DNA of 64,000 nt from Dehalococcoidia bacterium (GCA_963667465.2 CAXXDN010000001.1:131675-195674), one strand, 5' to 3'; positions 42,593 to 52,589 are shown, numbered from the stretch's first letter. Notes: generated from the letters alone by a model not told the origin. Translations and numbers: made by a program.

Positions 42593-43270
42593 ATGCAATC
42601 CGTACTGCTGATCAGCGACAACGCCGATCATCTGGCGATCGTGCGCGCTGCCCTGCGCGAGGACGGCCACGCCCTGCGCAGCGAATCGACAATCGATCGC
42701 GGGCTGATCGCCCTGCGCGAGCAGTCACCGGATCTGCTCTGTCTGGACATCAGCAGCGGAGCCGCCGTGAACGGCCTGGGCGCGCTGCTGCGCGACCCGG
42801 AGCTGCAGGAAGGGCCTCCGCTGCTCGCGATCACCGCACGGGAGCAGTTCTACCTCGTCGGTCCCGGCTCCGGCGTGAGCGACGTGATCGCGACGCCGCT
42901 CGACCGCGACGAGCTGCAGCTGCGCATCTCGCGTCTGGTCTCCGCAGCAAGCGCGGAGGACAGCCAGTTGCTGCGCCGCGGCGAGCTGCTGATCGACCAG
43001 GAGCGCTACACCGTCCGGCTCGGCGACGATGCCGTCGACCTCACCTACAAGGAGTACGAGCTGCTGCGCTTCCTGGCGCAGAACCCGGGCAAGGCCTTCA
43101 CCCGCGAGATGCTGCTCAACCAGGTGTGGGGCTACGACTACTACGGCGGCGCCCGCACCGTGGACGTCCACATCCGCCGCATCCGCGCCAAGATCGAGCG
43201 GCACGAGCCCTACATCGAGACGGTCCGCAACGTCGGCTACCGCTTCGTCGAGGAGCCCCGCTCGCACTAG
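42593..43270 (+). CDS. OmpR/PhoB-family winged-helix response regulator, orphan and atypical (GlnR-like)
   Basis: The receiver domain (LLISDNAD...LLCLDISSG...LLAITAR) is followed by a trans_reg_C domain (LTYKEYELLRFLAQNPGKAFTREMLLNQVWGYDYYGGARTVDVHIRRIRAKI...VRNVGYRF). There is no adjacent histidine kinase. The conserved receiver Lys appears replaced (DVIATPLD). Confidence 0.85.
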   Translation: MQSVLLISDNADHLAIVRAALREDGHALRSESTIDRGLIALREQSPDLLCLDISSGAAVNGLGALLRDPELQEGPPLLAITAREQFYLVGPGSGVSDVIATPLDRDELQLRISRLVSAASAEDSQLLRRGELLIDQERYTVRLGDDAVDLTYKEYELLRFLAQNPGKAFTREMLLNQVWGYDYYGGARTVDVHIRRIRAKIERHEPYIETVRNVGYRFVEEPRSH

Positions 43271-43340
43271 CCCGCCCCCGGCGCCGCGCACCGCGTTCGG
43301 CCTCCGCCCGAGGTCTCTGCGCGCCCGCCCCGGGGGCTGC

Positions 43341-43378
43341 GAAACATGCCCGAAACGCGGCGGTAATCCGGGGGTAAT
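43341..43378 (+). promoter_or_regulatory. phased pentamer array (candidate GlnR-type operator) upstream of glnA
   Basis: GAAAC (43341), GAAAC (43352), GTAAT (43363) and GTAAT (43374) are each separated by exactly 6 nt, giving an 11-bp phase. A TACGCT -10-like hexamer lies at 43388-43393. Confidence 0.5.
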
Positions 43379-43450
43379 CGTTCGCTCGTACGCTCATCCT
43401 CGAGCGCCGGGAGGCCGTGTGTCTCGCGGCGCGGTAGGGACGAGCCACGA

Positions 43451-44941
43451 GTGAATGCAGCGCCAAACGGGGGCTGCACGCGAGAATGGGGGCGACAGGT
43501 GGACCTTCAGGAACTGCAGCAACTGGCGGCCGACAACGGGGTGACCCGAATCGACCTGCGCGTGACCGATCTGCCGGGGCGCTGGCAGCACTTCACGCTC
43601 CCGCCGGACGCCCTCGACGAGGACCTCTTCCAGAACGGCAACGGCTTCGACGGATCCAGCCTGCGCGGCTTCCAGGAGATCCACGAGTCCGACATGCTGC
43701 TGGTGCCGGACATCAACACCGCCGTGATCGACCCGATTCCGGATCACCCCACGATCTCCCTGATCTGCAACGTGATCGACGCCGTCACGCACGACTCGTA
43801 CTCGCGTGACCCGCGCAACGTCGCCCTCAAGGCCGAGGCCTACCTCGCCTCCACGGGCATCGCGGACGAGGCCTTCTTCGGCCCCGAGCCCGAGTTCTTT
43901 CTCTTCGACGACGTCCGTTACAACCAGGGCCAGCAGTCCGCCTTCTACTACGTCGACTCGGAGGAGGCGCACTGGAACTCCGGCAAGGACTACACCGAGG
44001 CCTTCCCCGGCGGCTTCAACACCGGCTACAAGATCCCCGGCAAGGAGGGCTACGCGCCGCTCCCGCCGTTCGACCAGACCGCCGGGGTCCGCTCCGATAT
44101 CGTCGCCGCCATGAACGCCGTCGGCGTCGACACGTTCATCGACCACCACGAGGTCGCGACCGCCGGCCAGGCTGAGATCGGCCTCGGCAAGGCCACGCTG
44201 GTGGACCAGGCGGACCGCACCCAGTGGTACCGCTACATGGTGCGGAACGTGGCGCACCAGCACGGCAAGGTTGCCACCTTCATGCCGAAGCCGATCTTCG
44301 AGGACAACGGCTCCGGCATGCACACCCACCAGTCCCTGCGCAAGGGCGAGGAGCCGCTCTTCTACGACGCCAACGGCTACGCCGGCCTCTCCCAGCTCGC
44401 ACGCTGGTACATCGGCGGCCTGCTCCGGCACGCCCCGACGGTGCTGGCCTTCGCCGCCCCGTCGACCAACTCCTACAAGCGGCTGGTGCCCGGCTACGAG
44501 GCGCCCGTGAACCTCGCGTACTCGATGCGCAACCGCTCGGCTGCGGTCCGCATCCCGACCTACCGCATCGGGATGCCGAACGAGGCCTCCGACAAGCGCG
44601 TCGAGTTCCGCCCGCCGGACGCCACGGCGAACTGCTACCTCGCCTTCTCGGCGATGCTGATGGCCGGTCTGGACGGCATCCAGAACCAGATCGACCCCGG
44701 CGACCCGCTGGACCGCAACATCTACGAGCTCCCGCCGGAGGAGGCCGCCGCGGTGCCGACCGTGCCCGGCTCGCTCGGCGAGGCCCTCGACGCGCTCGAG
44801 GCGGACCACGACTTCCTGATGCAGGGCGGCGTGTTCACGCAGGACGTGCTCGACATGTGGCTCGACATGAAGCGCGACGAGGTCCTGAACGTCTCGCTGC
44901 GGCCCACGCCGTACGAGTTCGAGCTCTACTTCAGCAACTAG
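43451..44941 (+). CDS. glnA: glutamine synthetase, type I (GSI-beta-like, with adenylylation-site-like NIYELP)
   Basis: Contains FDGSSLRGFQEIHESDMLLVPD, HHEVATAGQAEI, NGSGMHTHQSL and RVEFRPPD. The GTG at 43499 is an alternative start. Confidence 0.93.
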   Translation: MNAAPNGGCTREWGRQVDLQELQQLAADNGVTRIDLRVTDLPGRWQHFTLPPDALDEDLFQNGNGFDGSSLRGFQEIHESDMLLVPDINTAVIDPIPDHPTISLICNVIDAVTHDSYSRDPRNVALKAEAYLASTGIADEAFFGPEPEFFLFDDVRYNQGQQSAFYYVDSEEAHWNSGKDYTEAFPGGFNTGYKIPGKEGYAPLPPFDQTAGVRSDIVAAMNAVGVDTFIDHHEVATAGQAEIGLGKATLVDQADRTQWYRYMVRNVAHQHGKVATFMPKPIFEDNGSGMHTHQSLRKGEEPLFYDANGYAGLSQLARWYIGGLLRHAPTVLAFAAPSTNSYKRLVPGYEAPVNLAYSMRNRSAAVRIPTYRIGMPNEASDKRVEFRPPDATANCYLAFSAMLMAGLDGIQNQIDPGDPLDRNIYELPPEEAAAVPTVPGSLGEALDALEADHDFLMQGGVFTQDVLDMWLDMKRDEVLNVSLRPTPYEFELYFSN

Positions 44942-45070
44942 CCTCCGCAGCATCAAAGCCGGGCGGCAGGGAGGGCGATTCGCGGACCGCTCCCCCGGCC
45001 GTCCGGCCTGCAGAACGGAGTCGTACTCCACGCCGATCGCACCGCAGGACACGAGCCCGCGGAGAGCAGC

Positions 45071-46438
45071 ATGACTTCAGACGCGATTTCCGGTAACGGC
45101 GCACGCCGGGACAGCAACGACCAGCGGCAGCACGTCATCCAGGCGTGCTACGACCACGACGTCAAGTTCATCCGGCTCTGGTTCACCGACATCCTCGGGA
45201 TCCTCAAGTCCGTCGCGATCACCATCGAGGAGCTCGAGCACGCCCTCGATGACGGCGTCACCTTCGACGGCGCATCGATCGAAGGCTTCGCGCGCGTCGA
45301 CGAGGCGGACGTCGTCGCCGTGCCGGACCCCGCGACGTTCCAGCTGCTGCCCTGGCGGCCGCGCGAGCAGGCCGTGGCGCGCATGTTCTGCGACCTCCGC
45401 TCGCCCCTCGGCGAACCGTTCGAGGGCGACTCGCGGCAGGTGCTGAAGGACGCGATCGAGCGGGCGGCGAAGCAGGGCTTCACCTTCTACGTCTCGCCCG
45501 AGATCGAGTTCTTCTACTTCCGCGGGCCGGATGGCACGGAGCCGCTGGACGCGGGCGGCTACTTCGACCTCACGCCGCTCGACTCCGGGTCGGACCTGCG
45601 ACGCGAGACGGTGCTGACCCTCGAGGAGATGGGCATCGGCGTCGCGCTCAGCCACCACGAGGCCGCGCCCAGTCAGCACGAGATCGACCTGCGCTACACC
45701 GACGCGCTGACGATGGCCGACTCGATCATGACCTACCGCCTCGTCGTGAAGGAGGTGGCGCTGCGCCACGGCGCCTACGCGACCTTCATGCCGAAGCCGA
45801 ACTCCGATCAGAACGGCTCCGGGATGCACCTCCAGCTCTCGCTCTTCCGAGGCGAGCAGAACGCCTTCGCGGACGAGTCTGCGCCGCACGAGCTGTCAGC
45901 GACGGCGCGCTCGTTCATGGCCGGGCTGCTGCAGCACACGCCGCAGCTGATGCTGCTCACCAACCAGTGGGCGAACTCCTACCGGCGCATCGTGCCGGGC
46001 TTCGAGGCGCCGACGCACGCGACCTGGTCCAGCACGAACCACGCCGACCTGCTGCGCGTGCCGCAGCACAAGCCGGGAGAGGCCGCAGCAGCGCGCATCG
46101 AGTACCGCGTGCCGGACGCCGCCTGCAATCCCTATCTCGCCTTCGCCGCAATCCTCGAGGCGGGCCTCGGTGGCGTCGCCGGCGGACTGCCGCTACCAGC
46201 CGAGCTGGACCGCCCCATCGGCGAGTTGCCCGAGGATGAGATCGCGCGGCGGGGCATCGAGGCGCTGCCGGCCTCGCTCGGCGACGCGATCGCGGCGTTC
46301 GCCGGCTCGGAGCTGATGGCGGGCGTGCTTGGCGGCCACATCCGCGAATCGCTGGTGGCGAACAAGCGCCACGAGTGGTCCGAGTTCCGCGCCCAGGTCT
46401 CGGAGTTCGAGCTGCGCCGCTACCTGTCCGTACTGTAA
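45071..46438 (+). CDS. glutamine synthetase family protein (shorter GSI-alpha-like paralogue)
   Basis: 455 aa. Contains VKFIRLWFTDILGILKSV, FDGASIEGFARVDEADV, HHEAAPSQHEIDL and NGSGMHLQLSL. Confidence 0.9.
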   Translation: MTSDAISGNGARRDSNDQRQHVIQACYDHDVKFIRLWFTDILGILKSVAITIEELEHALDDGVTFDGASIEGFARVDEADVVAVPDPATFQLLPWRPREQAVARMFCDLRSPLGEPFEGDSRQVLKDAIERAAKQGFTFYVSPEIEFFYFRGPDGTEPLDAGGYFDLTPLDSGSDLRRETVLTLEEMGIGVALSHHEAAPSQHEIDLRYTDALTMADSIMTYRLVVKEVALRHGAYATFMPKPNSDQNGSGMHLQLSLFRGEQNAFADESAPHELSATARSFMAGLLQHTPQLMLLTNQWANSYRRIVPGFEAPTHATWSSTNHADLLRVPQHKPGEAAAARIEYRVPDAACNPYLAFAAILEAGLGGVAGGLPLPAELDRPIGELPEDEIARRGIEALPASLGDAIAAFAGSELMAGVLGGHIRESLVANKRHEWSEFRAQVSEFELRRYLSVL

Positions 46439-46544
46439 GCGGAAACCCAGAGTGGAATCGTGCGATCTCGCTGCGGATGCCTTGGTGACAATGTCATGCA
46501 AAGGTTGAGAGCATCCGGTTAGCGGTTTAGCATATGGGTAGTGG

Positions 46545-47667
46545 CTAGCGGGTTTCCGCTATCGGCGCCGTTTCCCCTTGGGACTCGGCGCTTTCAGTTT
46601 TCTTGGCCCGAACCTGTGCGCGATGTGCTTCGATCAGGTCACGGATGTCGCTGTCCGGGAAAACCTTGATCCCAAACTTCCCCATCATCGAGTCACCGCG
46701 CGAGTAGATCTTAGACTGCCACACGCGCCACCGGCGCGGAATCACCGCGCCACAGCCACCCCTCGCCCACTCGAACACATCGCGCGAGAACATGTCGGCA
46801 AGCTCCATAGGATCGCTGCCTTGCTTTCGCGTAAACTCGCAGCCTGTCATGAGCCAATTCCGGAACGCAGCGTCTTGCACCCACTGCGTCCCATCGAGCA
46901 GCAGATCCAGATAGTCGCGATGGTGCTCCGCGTCTTCTCGGGGACCGACACTCTCGAAGGTCACACGGCCCAGCGCGTCATCGCCGCGTGTCGCTAGATA
47001 GTCAACGTACCGTTCCAGGAGCATGTGAATCGCGACGGAATATGGATCAGGCCGGCAGATACGGATCATCGTCGAGCGCGACAAACTCCGCAAACTCGTC
47101 CTTGCGGATCGCGACCGCGAACAACGCTAACTCGGTTCCTGCCACGAGCTCATCGAGAGCACTACAGAATGCTTGTTGGCGATCCGCGTCTCCCCCGAGG
47201 GAGAACCAATCGCGGTGGGTTCTGATGTCCGGCTCGTGGAACGTAATGTCGTCTCGCCCGAAGAATCTAAGCTTCAAGGCGTCGGCCCTCGACTTGTACG
47301 AAGCCACCTCACTCTCGGCCATCGCGACCCCGCCGAGCGCAAAGAACAAACCCGGGGATCGAGGATCGGGCCGCCCCGACTCGTCCAGAAACAGGTTGTC
47401 GGGGATTCGCTCCTCGTGCAGCGGCTGACCGCTCTGATACTTGAAGCGCTTACGAGACTCAAGCGGCCCCAAGCTGCGCATCAGCTCCTCGGCCTCCTTG
47501 CGGCCAATCGCTCGGAGCAGACCATCGAGATCAGACGCGTCGTAGTCCGCCCGCCGGAGAAGTGCGGCGAGCGCCCGCCCCACCCGTCCAGCTTCCGCCA
47601 GTAGCAAGTTTCGGCGCCGCGCGGTGCGACGGCCTTCGGGATCGCCTTGTCCACGTTGCACAGTCAC
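46545..47667 (-). pseudogene. DUF3800 domain gene disrupted by a frameshift (19-bp near-duplication)
   Basis: Two overlapping ORFs, 47047-47667 (contains NLFLDESG) and 46545-47093 (DPYSVAIHMLLERYVDYL...). Deleting one 19-nt unit between the near-identical 9-mers at 47040-47048 and 47059-47067 restores one frame reading VALDDDPYSVAIHML. The region is a low-GC islet. Confidence 0.7.
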
Positions 47668-47709
47668 AAGGGAACAGTATAACGGCCTAAGCGGAAGGTC
47701 GGTTTGCCA

Positions 47710-49155
47710 CTACCCGAACAGCACCGCCGAGGCGTCGTCCGCCGCCTCGAGGACCGGGGCGGCCCAGAGGCCGATGACGAAGATGCCGATGAACAGCACG
47801 CCGGTCACACCGTAGGCGAGGAGTGAGGGCCGCCAGCGACCCTCCGCGCCCTCTGCCGGCGCAACGACGTACATCTGCCGGATCACCTTCAGGTAGTAGT
47901 AGAGCGAGACGGTGCTCATGATCACCGCGACGCCCGAGAGCCAGAGGAAGCCCTCCTCGGCAGCCGCCTGGAAGATAAAGAACTTCGTCACGAAGCCCGC
48001 CAGCAGCGGCATCCCGCTTAGCGAGAACAGCCCCGTGGTGATCACCAGCGCGAGGTACGGCTGCGTCTCCGCCAGGCCGCGGAAGTCCTCGATGCGCTCG
48101 CTGCCGATTCGGTTGTAGACCGCGATCACCGCGATGAAGACCGCGAGGTTGGTGACCAGGTAGCCCGCCAGGTGCAGCAGCAGCGCCGAGCCCGAGGCGT
48201 CCGAGACGGTCGTGACCGCCATCAGCATGAAGCCGACCTGGCCGATCGAGGAGTAGGCGAGCAGGCGCTTGATGTTGGTCTGCACCAGCGCGATCAGGTT
48301 CCCCGTCACCATCGTCGCCACGGACAACGTGGCGAGCATCCACTGCCAGTCGTCCTGCACCGGCAGCAGTCCGGTGCCGAACAGCCGCAGCAGCAGCGCG
48401 AACGTCGCCGCCTTCGAGGTGGCCGCGATGTAGGCTGTCACAGGCAGCGGCGCGCCCTCGTAGGCGTCGGGTGTCCACATGTGGAACGGGACCGCCGAGG
48501 CCTTGAAGCCGAGCCCGCCGACCAGGAAGGCGAGGCCCATCAGCAGCACCGGCGAGCCCTGCACCGAAGAGTCGCCGAGCGCCGCCGCGATGCCCTCGTA
48601 GCTGGTGGTGCCGGCGGCGCCGTAGATCAAGCTGAGGCCGTAGAGCAGCATCGCCGAGGCGACGCCGCCGAGCAGCACGTACTTCAGCCCTGCCTCGCCG
48701 GAGCGGCGGTCGTCCTTGGCCAGCGAGACGGCGACGTAGAGCGAGAAGGAGAGCAGTTCAATCGAGATGTAGGCGGTGAGCAACTCGCGCGCGCCCGCCA
48801 TGTAGATCGCGCCGATCGTGGACACCAGCAGCAGCGCGTAGAACTCGCCCTGGTGGCGGATGTTGCGCTGGATGAACTCGTGCGAGCCGAGGATCACGAC
48901 CAGCACCGTCACCGTGAACAGCACGCGGAAGAACAGCGTGTAGTCGTCCACGCCGATCAGCCCCGCGAAGTCCGTGCTGCGGTCCGCGTAGAAGAGGCTC
49001 GCGATCCCCGCCGCGAGCGCGCCGAGGGCGGCCAGCGCCGGAATCAGGCGCCTCGAGACTCCCAGCTCGCGCCGGAAGGCGTCGACCAGCAGCACCACGC
49101 CCGCGGCGCCGGCGAGGATGAACTCCGGAATCAGCAGCGCGTACTCGAAGTTCAC
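47710..49155 (-). CDS. nuoN: NADH-quinone oxidoreductase subunit N
   Basis: 481 aa, polytopic, with antiporter-like motifs. It is the last gene of the nuo operon. Confidence 0.9.
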   Translation of the reverse strand: MNFEYALLIPEFILAGAAGVVLLVDAFRRELGVSRRLIPALAALGALAAGIASLFYADRSTDFAGLIGVDDYTLFFRVLFTVTVLVVILGSHEFIQRNIRHQGEFYALLLVSTIGAIYMAGARELLTAYISIELLSFSLYVAVSLAKDDRRSGEAGLKYVLLGGVASAMLLYGLSLIYGAAGTTSYEGIAAALGDSSVQGSPVLLMGLAFLVGGLGFKASAVPFHMWTPDAYEGAPLPVTAYIAATSKAATFALLLRLFGTGLLPVQDDWQWMLATLSVATMVTGNLIALVQTNIKRLLAYSSIGQVGFMLMAVTTVSDASGSALLLHLAGYLVTNLAVFIAVIAVYNRIGSERIEDFRGLAETQPYLALVITTGLFSLSGMPLLAGFVTKFFIFQAAAEEGFLWLSGVAVIMSTVSLYYYLKVIRQMYVVAPAEGAEGRWRPSLLAYGVTGVLFIGIFVIGLWAAPVLEAADDASAVLFG

Positions 49156-50642
49156 AGCAGCACCTCAGGGATACCGGCCTCGAGGCCGGCGGCGACACGA
49201 TCGATCCATGGCGACGGCCAGAGCCCGAGCGCGAAGATCGAGATCGCGAGCACCGTCGCGCCGGCGCGCTCGGTCCAGCTGATCTCGCCGACGCCACTCC
49301 AGCGCGGACTCGGCTCGCCGAAGAAGGTCTGGGCGAACATGCGCAGCAGGTACGTTGCCGTAATCGCAGCCGTGAGCACCGCCAGCGCGCCGACCAGCGG
49401 GTAGGCGCGGAAGGCGCCGATGAAGATGTGCAACTCGGCGATGAACCCGGACAGCCCGGGCAGGCCGAAGGAGGCGAGGCCCGCGATCACGAAGAAGACC
49501 GCCCAGATCGGCATCCGCCGCGCCATGCCCGAGTAGTGGTTGAACTCGCGGTCGTGCGACTGGTCATAGAGCGCGCCGATCAGGAGGAAGAACAGCGCGG
49601 TCATCACGCCGTGCGCGAACATCTGCAGCACCGCGCCGCTCATCCCGATCAGGTTGAGCGTGCCCAGCCCGACGAAGACGTAGCCCATGTGCGAGACCGA
49701 GGAGAAGCCGGTCATCAGCTTGAAGTCGGTCTGGCGCAGCGCGCCGATCGCCCCGTAGAGCGCACCGATGATGCCGAGCGTCAGCAGGGCCGGGGCCCAG
49801 AACTCGGCGCCCTCGGGCAGCATCTGGAAGCCGAGGCGGATGATCCCGAACGCGCCGAGCTTCATCAGCACGCCCGCGTGCAGCATCGAGACGGCCGTCG
49901 GCGCGGCGGCGTGGCCGTCCGGCGACCAGGGGTGGAAGGGGAAGATGCCGGCCAGCGTGCCGCAACCGATCGCGACCAGCGGGAACATCACCAGCTGGAA
50001 GTTGCGTCCGTACTCCGCGTCGAACAGCGCGGGCATGTCGAAGGTCCCGAGGCCGGCCTCCGTGAAGATCCCGAAGATCGCGATGAAGATCAGGATCGAG
50101 GCCGCGACGAGCATCATCATCAGCTTCATCGCGCCGTACTCGCGCCGCCCGGAGCCCCAGACCGCGATCAGCAGGTACATCGGCAGCACCGCGGTCTCGT
50201 AGAGCAGGAACCAGAAGAACAGGTCGAGCGCGACGAACGTGCCGTAGACACCGGCCACGAGGACGAACAGCAGGACGAAGAAGTCCTTCAGCCTCTCCTG
50301 GATCTTCCACGACACCCAGGTGCCGCTGAGGATCACGATCCCCGTCAGCAGGACCATCGGCGCCGCGATGCCGTCGAGCCCGACCTTGAGCTGGATCCCG
50401 TTCTTGCCGAGGAAGCCGGCGTTCTGGAGCCAGGGCCAGTCGACCACGCCCTGGAACTGGTCGCCGCGGTAGTCGAAGGCGAAGAAGACGTACACGGAGA
50501 TGATGAACATCGCGAGGCTCGCGAGGCCGGTGATGGCCTTGATCGCGTTGCGCTCACCGGACGGCGTCAGCATCAGCAGGATTGCGCTGCCCAGCGGGAT
50601 CAGCGGCAATGCCAGCAGCAGGTAGCCCTCGCTCGTGGTCAT
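49152..50642 (-). CDS. nuoM: NADH-quinone oxidoreductase subunit M
   Basis: 496 aa. It is antiporter-like (HPWSPDGHAAAPTAVSMLHAGVLMKLG) and overlaps nuoN by 4 nt. Confidence 0.9.
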   Translation of the reverse strand: MTTSEGYLLLALPLIPLGSAILLMLTPSGERNAIKAITGLASLAMFIISVYVFFAFDYRGDQFQGVVDWPWLQNAGFLGKNGIQLKVGLDGIAAPMVLLTGIVILSGTWVSWKIQERLKDFFVLLFVLVAGVYGTFVALDLFFWFLLYETAVLPMYLLIAVWGSGRREYGAMKLMMMLVAASILIFIAIFGIFTEAGLGTFDMPALFDAEYGRNFQLVMFPLVAIGCGTLAGIFPFHPWSPDGHAAAPTAVSMLHAGVLMKLGAFGIIRLGFQMLPEGAEFWAPALLTLGIIGALYGAIGALRQTDFKLMTGFSSVSHMGYVFVGLGTLNLIGMSGAVLQMFAHGVMTALFFLLIGALYDQSHDREFNHYSGMARRMPIWAVFFVIAGLASFGLPGLSGFIAELHIFIGAFRAYPLVGALAVLTAAITATYLLRMFAQTFFGEPSPRWSGVGEISWTERAGATVLAISIFALGLWPSPWIDRVAAGLEAGIPEVLL

Positions 50643-50654
50643 ACCCGGCCCGCC

Positions 50655-52565
50655 CTACGTCCGCCCGAGCGCGACGATGGCCAGCACGGCCACGCCGAGC
50701 GCCATCGCCAGCGCGTAGCTCGGAATGCGCCCGGTCTGCAGGAACTTCAGCCGGAACCCGGTGAAGCCGATGCCCTGCGCCGTGCCGTCCACGCCCGAAT
50801 CGTTGATTACCAGCCGGTCGAAGCGCGCGACCACCGTCGCGAGGCCGAGGATCACCTTGTCGATCGTCACCTGGTAGAGGTGGTCCACGTAGTAGCGCTG
50901 CACCAACAGGTCGTGCAGCTCGGGCGCCCAGGAGCGGGCGCGCTCCGCCCGCTCGGCGCGGCCCCACCAGTAGACGAAGCCGATCACGATGCCGACGAGG
51001 CCCAGCGCCGTCGCGCCGATCGCGACGTCCGGGTGGAGCTCGAAGACATGGCCCTTGTCCCCCTGCGTGAAGACGACGTTGCCGATCCCGCCGGCGAAGC
51101 CCAGCACCTTGCCGACGCCCTCGAAGGCGACGAACCCGGCGACGAGCGACAGCCCCGTGAGGATCAGCATCGGCAGCAGCATCGGCGGCGGGGACTCGTG
51201 CGCGTGATCGTAGGCGTGGCGGTCCTTCGGCTCACCAAAGAACGTGAGCAGCACCAGCCGCGTCGTGTAGATCGCGGTCAGCAAGGAGGTGGCCGCGAGG
51301 ATCACGAACAGCGGCATCGGCGCGCCGCCCTGCAGCGCGACGAGGATCTCGTCCTTCGACCAGAACCCGGCCAGCGGCACGATGCCCGCGAGGGCAACGG
51401 ACCCGACGATGAAGAACAGCGTCGTCGCCGGCAGCTTGCGCCACAGGCCGCCGAGCTCCTCGACCAGCTGTACACCGGTGCCGTGGATCACGGACCCGGA
51501 GCCGAGGAAGAGCAGCGACTTGAAGAAGGCGTGCGTGAAGAGGTGGAACATCGCCGCCGTCACCGACCCGACGCCGAGCGCGACGAACATGAAGCCGAGC
51601 TGTGAGATGGTCGAGTAGGCGAGCACGCGCTTGATGTCGCTGCTCACGAGGCCCATCGTCGCGCCCATCGCCGCCGTCGTGAGGCCGACGTAGAGCACGA
51701 CGTCCCGCGCAATCAGCACCTCGTCGAAGACCGGCATCATCCTCGCCACGAGGTAGACGCCGGCGACCACCATCGTCGCCGCGTGGATCAGCGCGCTGAC
51801 GGGGGTGGGGCCCTCCATCGCGTCGGGGAGCCAGACGTGCAGCGGGAACTGCGCGGACTTGCCGGCGGCGCCGGCGAAGAGGAAGAGCATCGAGACCGTG
51901 AGGTAGAAGTTGTCGAAGCCACCGCCGCGGGCGACCTCGATGATCTCCTGGATGTCGAAGCTGCCGGCGCCCCGCCAGAGCAGGATGATGCCGATCAGCA
52001 GCCCCACGTCGCCGATGCGCGTGGTGATGAAGGCCTTCTTCGCCGCCTCGGCCGCCGACTGGCGCTCCCAGTAGAAGCCGATCAACAGGTACGAGGCGAG
52101 GCCGACTGCCTCCCAGGAGAGGTAGAGCAGCAGCAGGTTGCCCGAGGTGACCAGCATCAGCATCGCGGCCGCGAAGCCGGAGAGGACCGCGAAGTACCAG
52201 CCGTAGCGTGGCTCGCCGTCCATGTAGCCGACGGAGTAGAGCATCACCATCAGCGTCACGATCGAGACGACGGCGAGCATCAGCACCGTGATGCCGTCGA
52301 CGTAGGTGCTGAACTCAATCAGCAGCGAGTCGCCGATCTTCGCCCACTCGAAGGCGTAGACGTGCTCCGCGCCGGGCGCGAACTTGCCGTCCACGAAGCT
52401 CGACTGGAAGTCCAGCGTGACGAACAACGCCAGGACGACGACCGCCAGCATCCCGAGGATGGCGAGCCCGTCGCCGCCACGCGGCATGGCGCGGTTGAAG
52501 AGCGCCAGCAGCGCAAAGAGCGCGGCGGGAATCGCCGGCAGCAGCCAGACCTGCTCCATGCCCAC
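50655..52565 (-). CDS. nuoL: NADH-quinone oxidoreductase subunit L
   Basis: 636 aa. Contains FPLHVWLPDAMEGPTPVSALIHAATMVVAGVYL and a C-terminal lateral-helix extension. Confidence 0.92.
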   Translation of the reverse strand: MGMEQVWLLPAIPAALFALLALFNRAMPRGGDGLAILGMLAVVVLALFVTLDFQSSFVDGKFAPGAEHVYAFEWAKIGDSLLIEFSTYVDGITVLMLAVVSIVTLMVMLYSVGYMDGEPRYGWYFAVLSGFAAAMLMLVTSGNLLLLYLSWEAVGLASYLLIGFYWERQSAAEAAKKAFITTRIGDVGLLIGIILLWRGAGSFDIQEIIEVARGGGFDNFYLTVSMLFLFAGAAGKSAQFPLHVWLPDAMEGPTPVSALIHAATMVVAGVYLVARMMPVFDEVLIARDVVLYVGLTTAAMGATMGLVSSDIKRVLAYSTISQLGFMFVALGVGSVTAAMFHLFTHAFFKSLLFLGSGSVIHGTGVQLVEELGGLWRKLPATTLFFIVGSVALAGIVPLAGFWSKDEILVALQGGAPMPLFVILAATSLLTAIYTTRLVLLTFFGEPKDRHAYDHAHESPPPMLLPMLILTGLSLVAGFVAFEGVGKVLGFAGGIGNVVFTQGDKGHVFELHPDVAIGATALGLVGIVIGFVYWWGRAERAERARSWAPELHDLLVQRYYVDHLYQVTIDKVILGLATVVARFDRLVINDSGVDGTAQGIGFTGFRLKFLQTGRIPSYALAMALGVAVLAIVALGRT

Positions 52566-52589
52566 GGCGCTACGCCTCCACTCTCGCGG

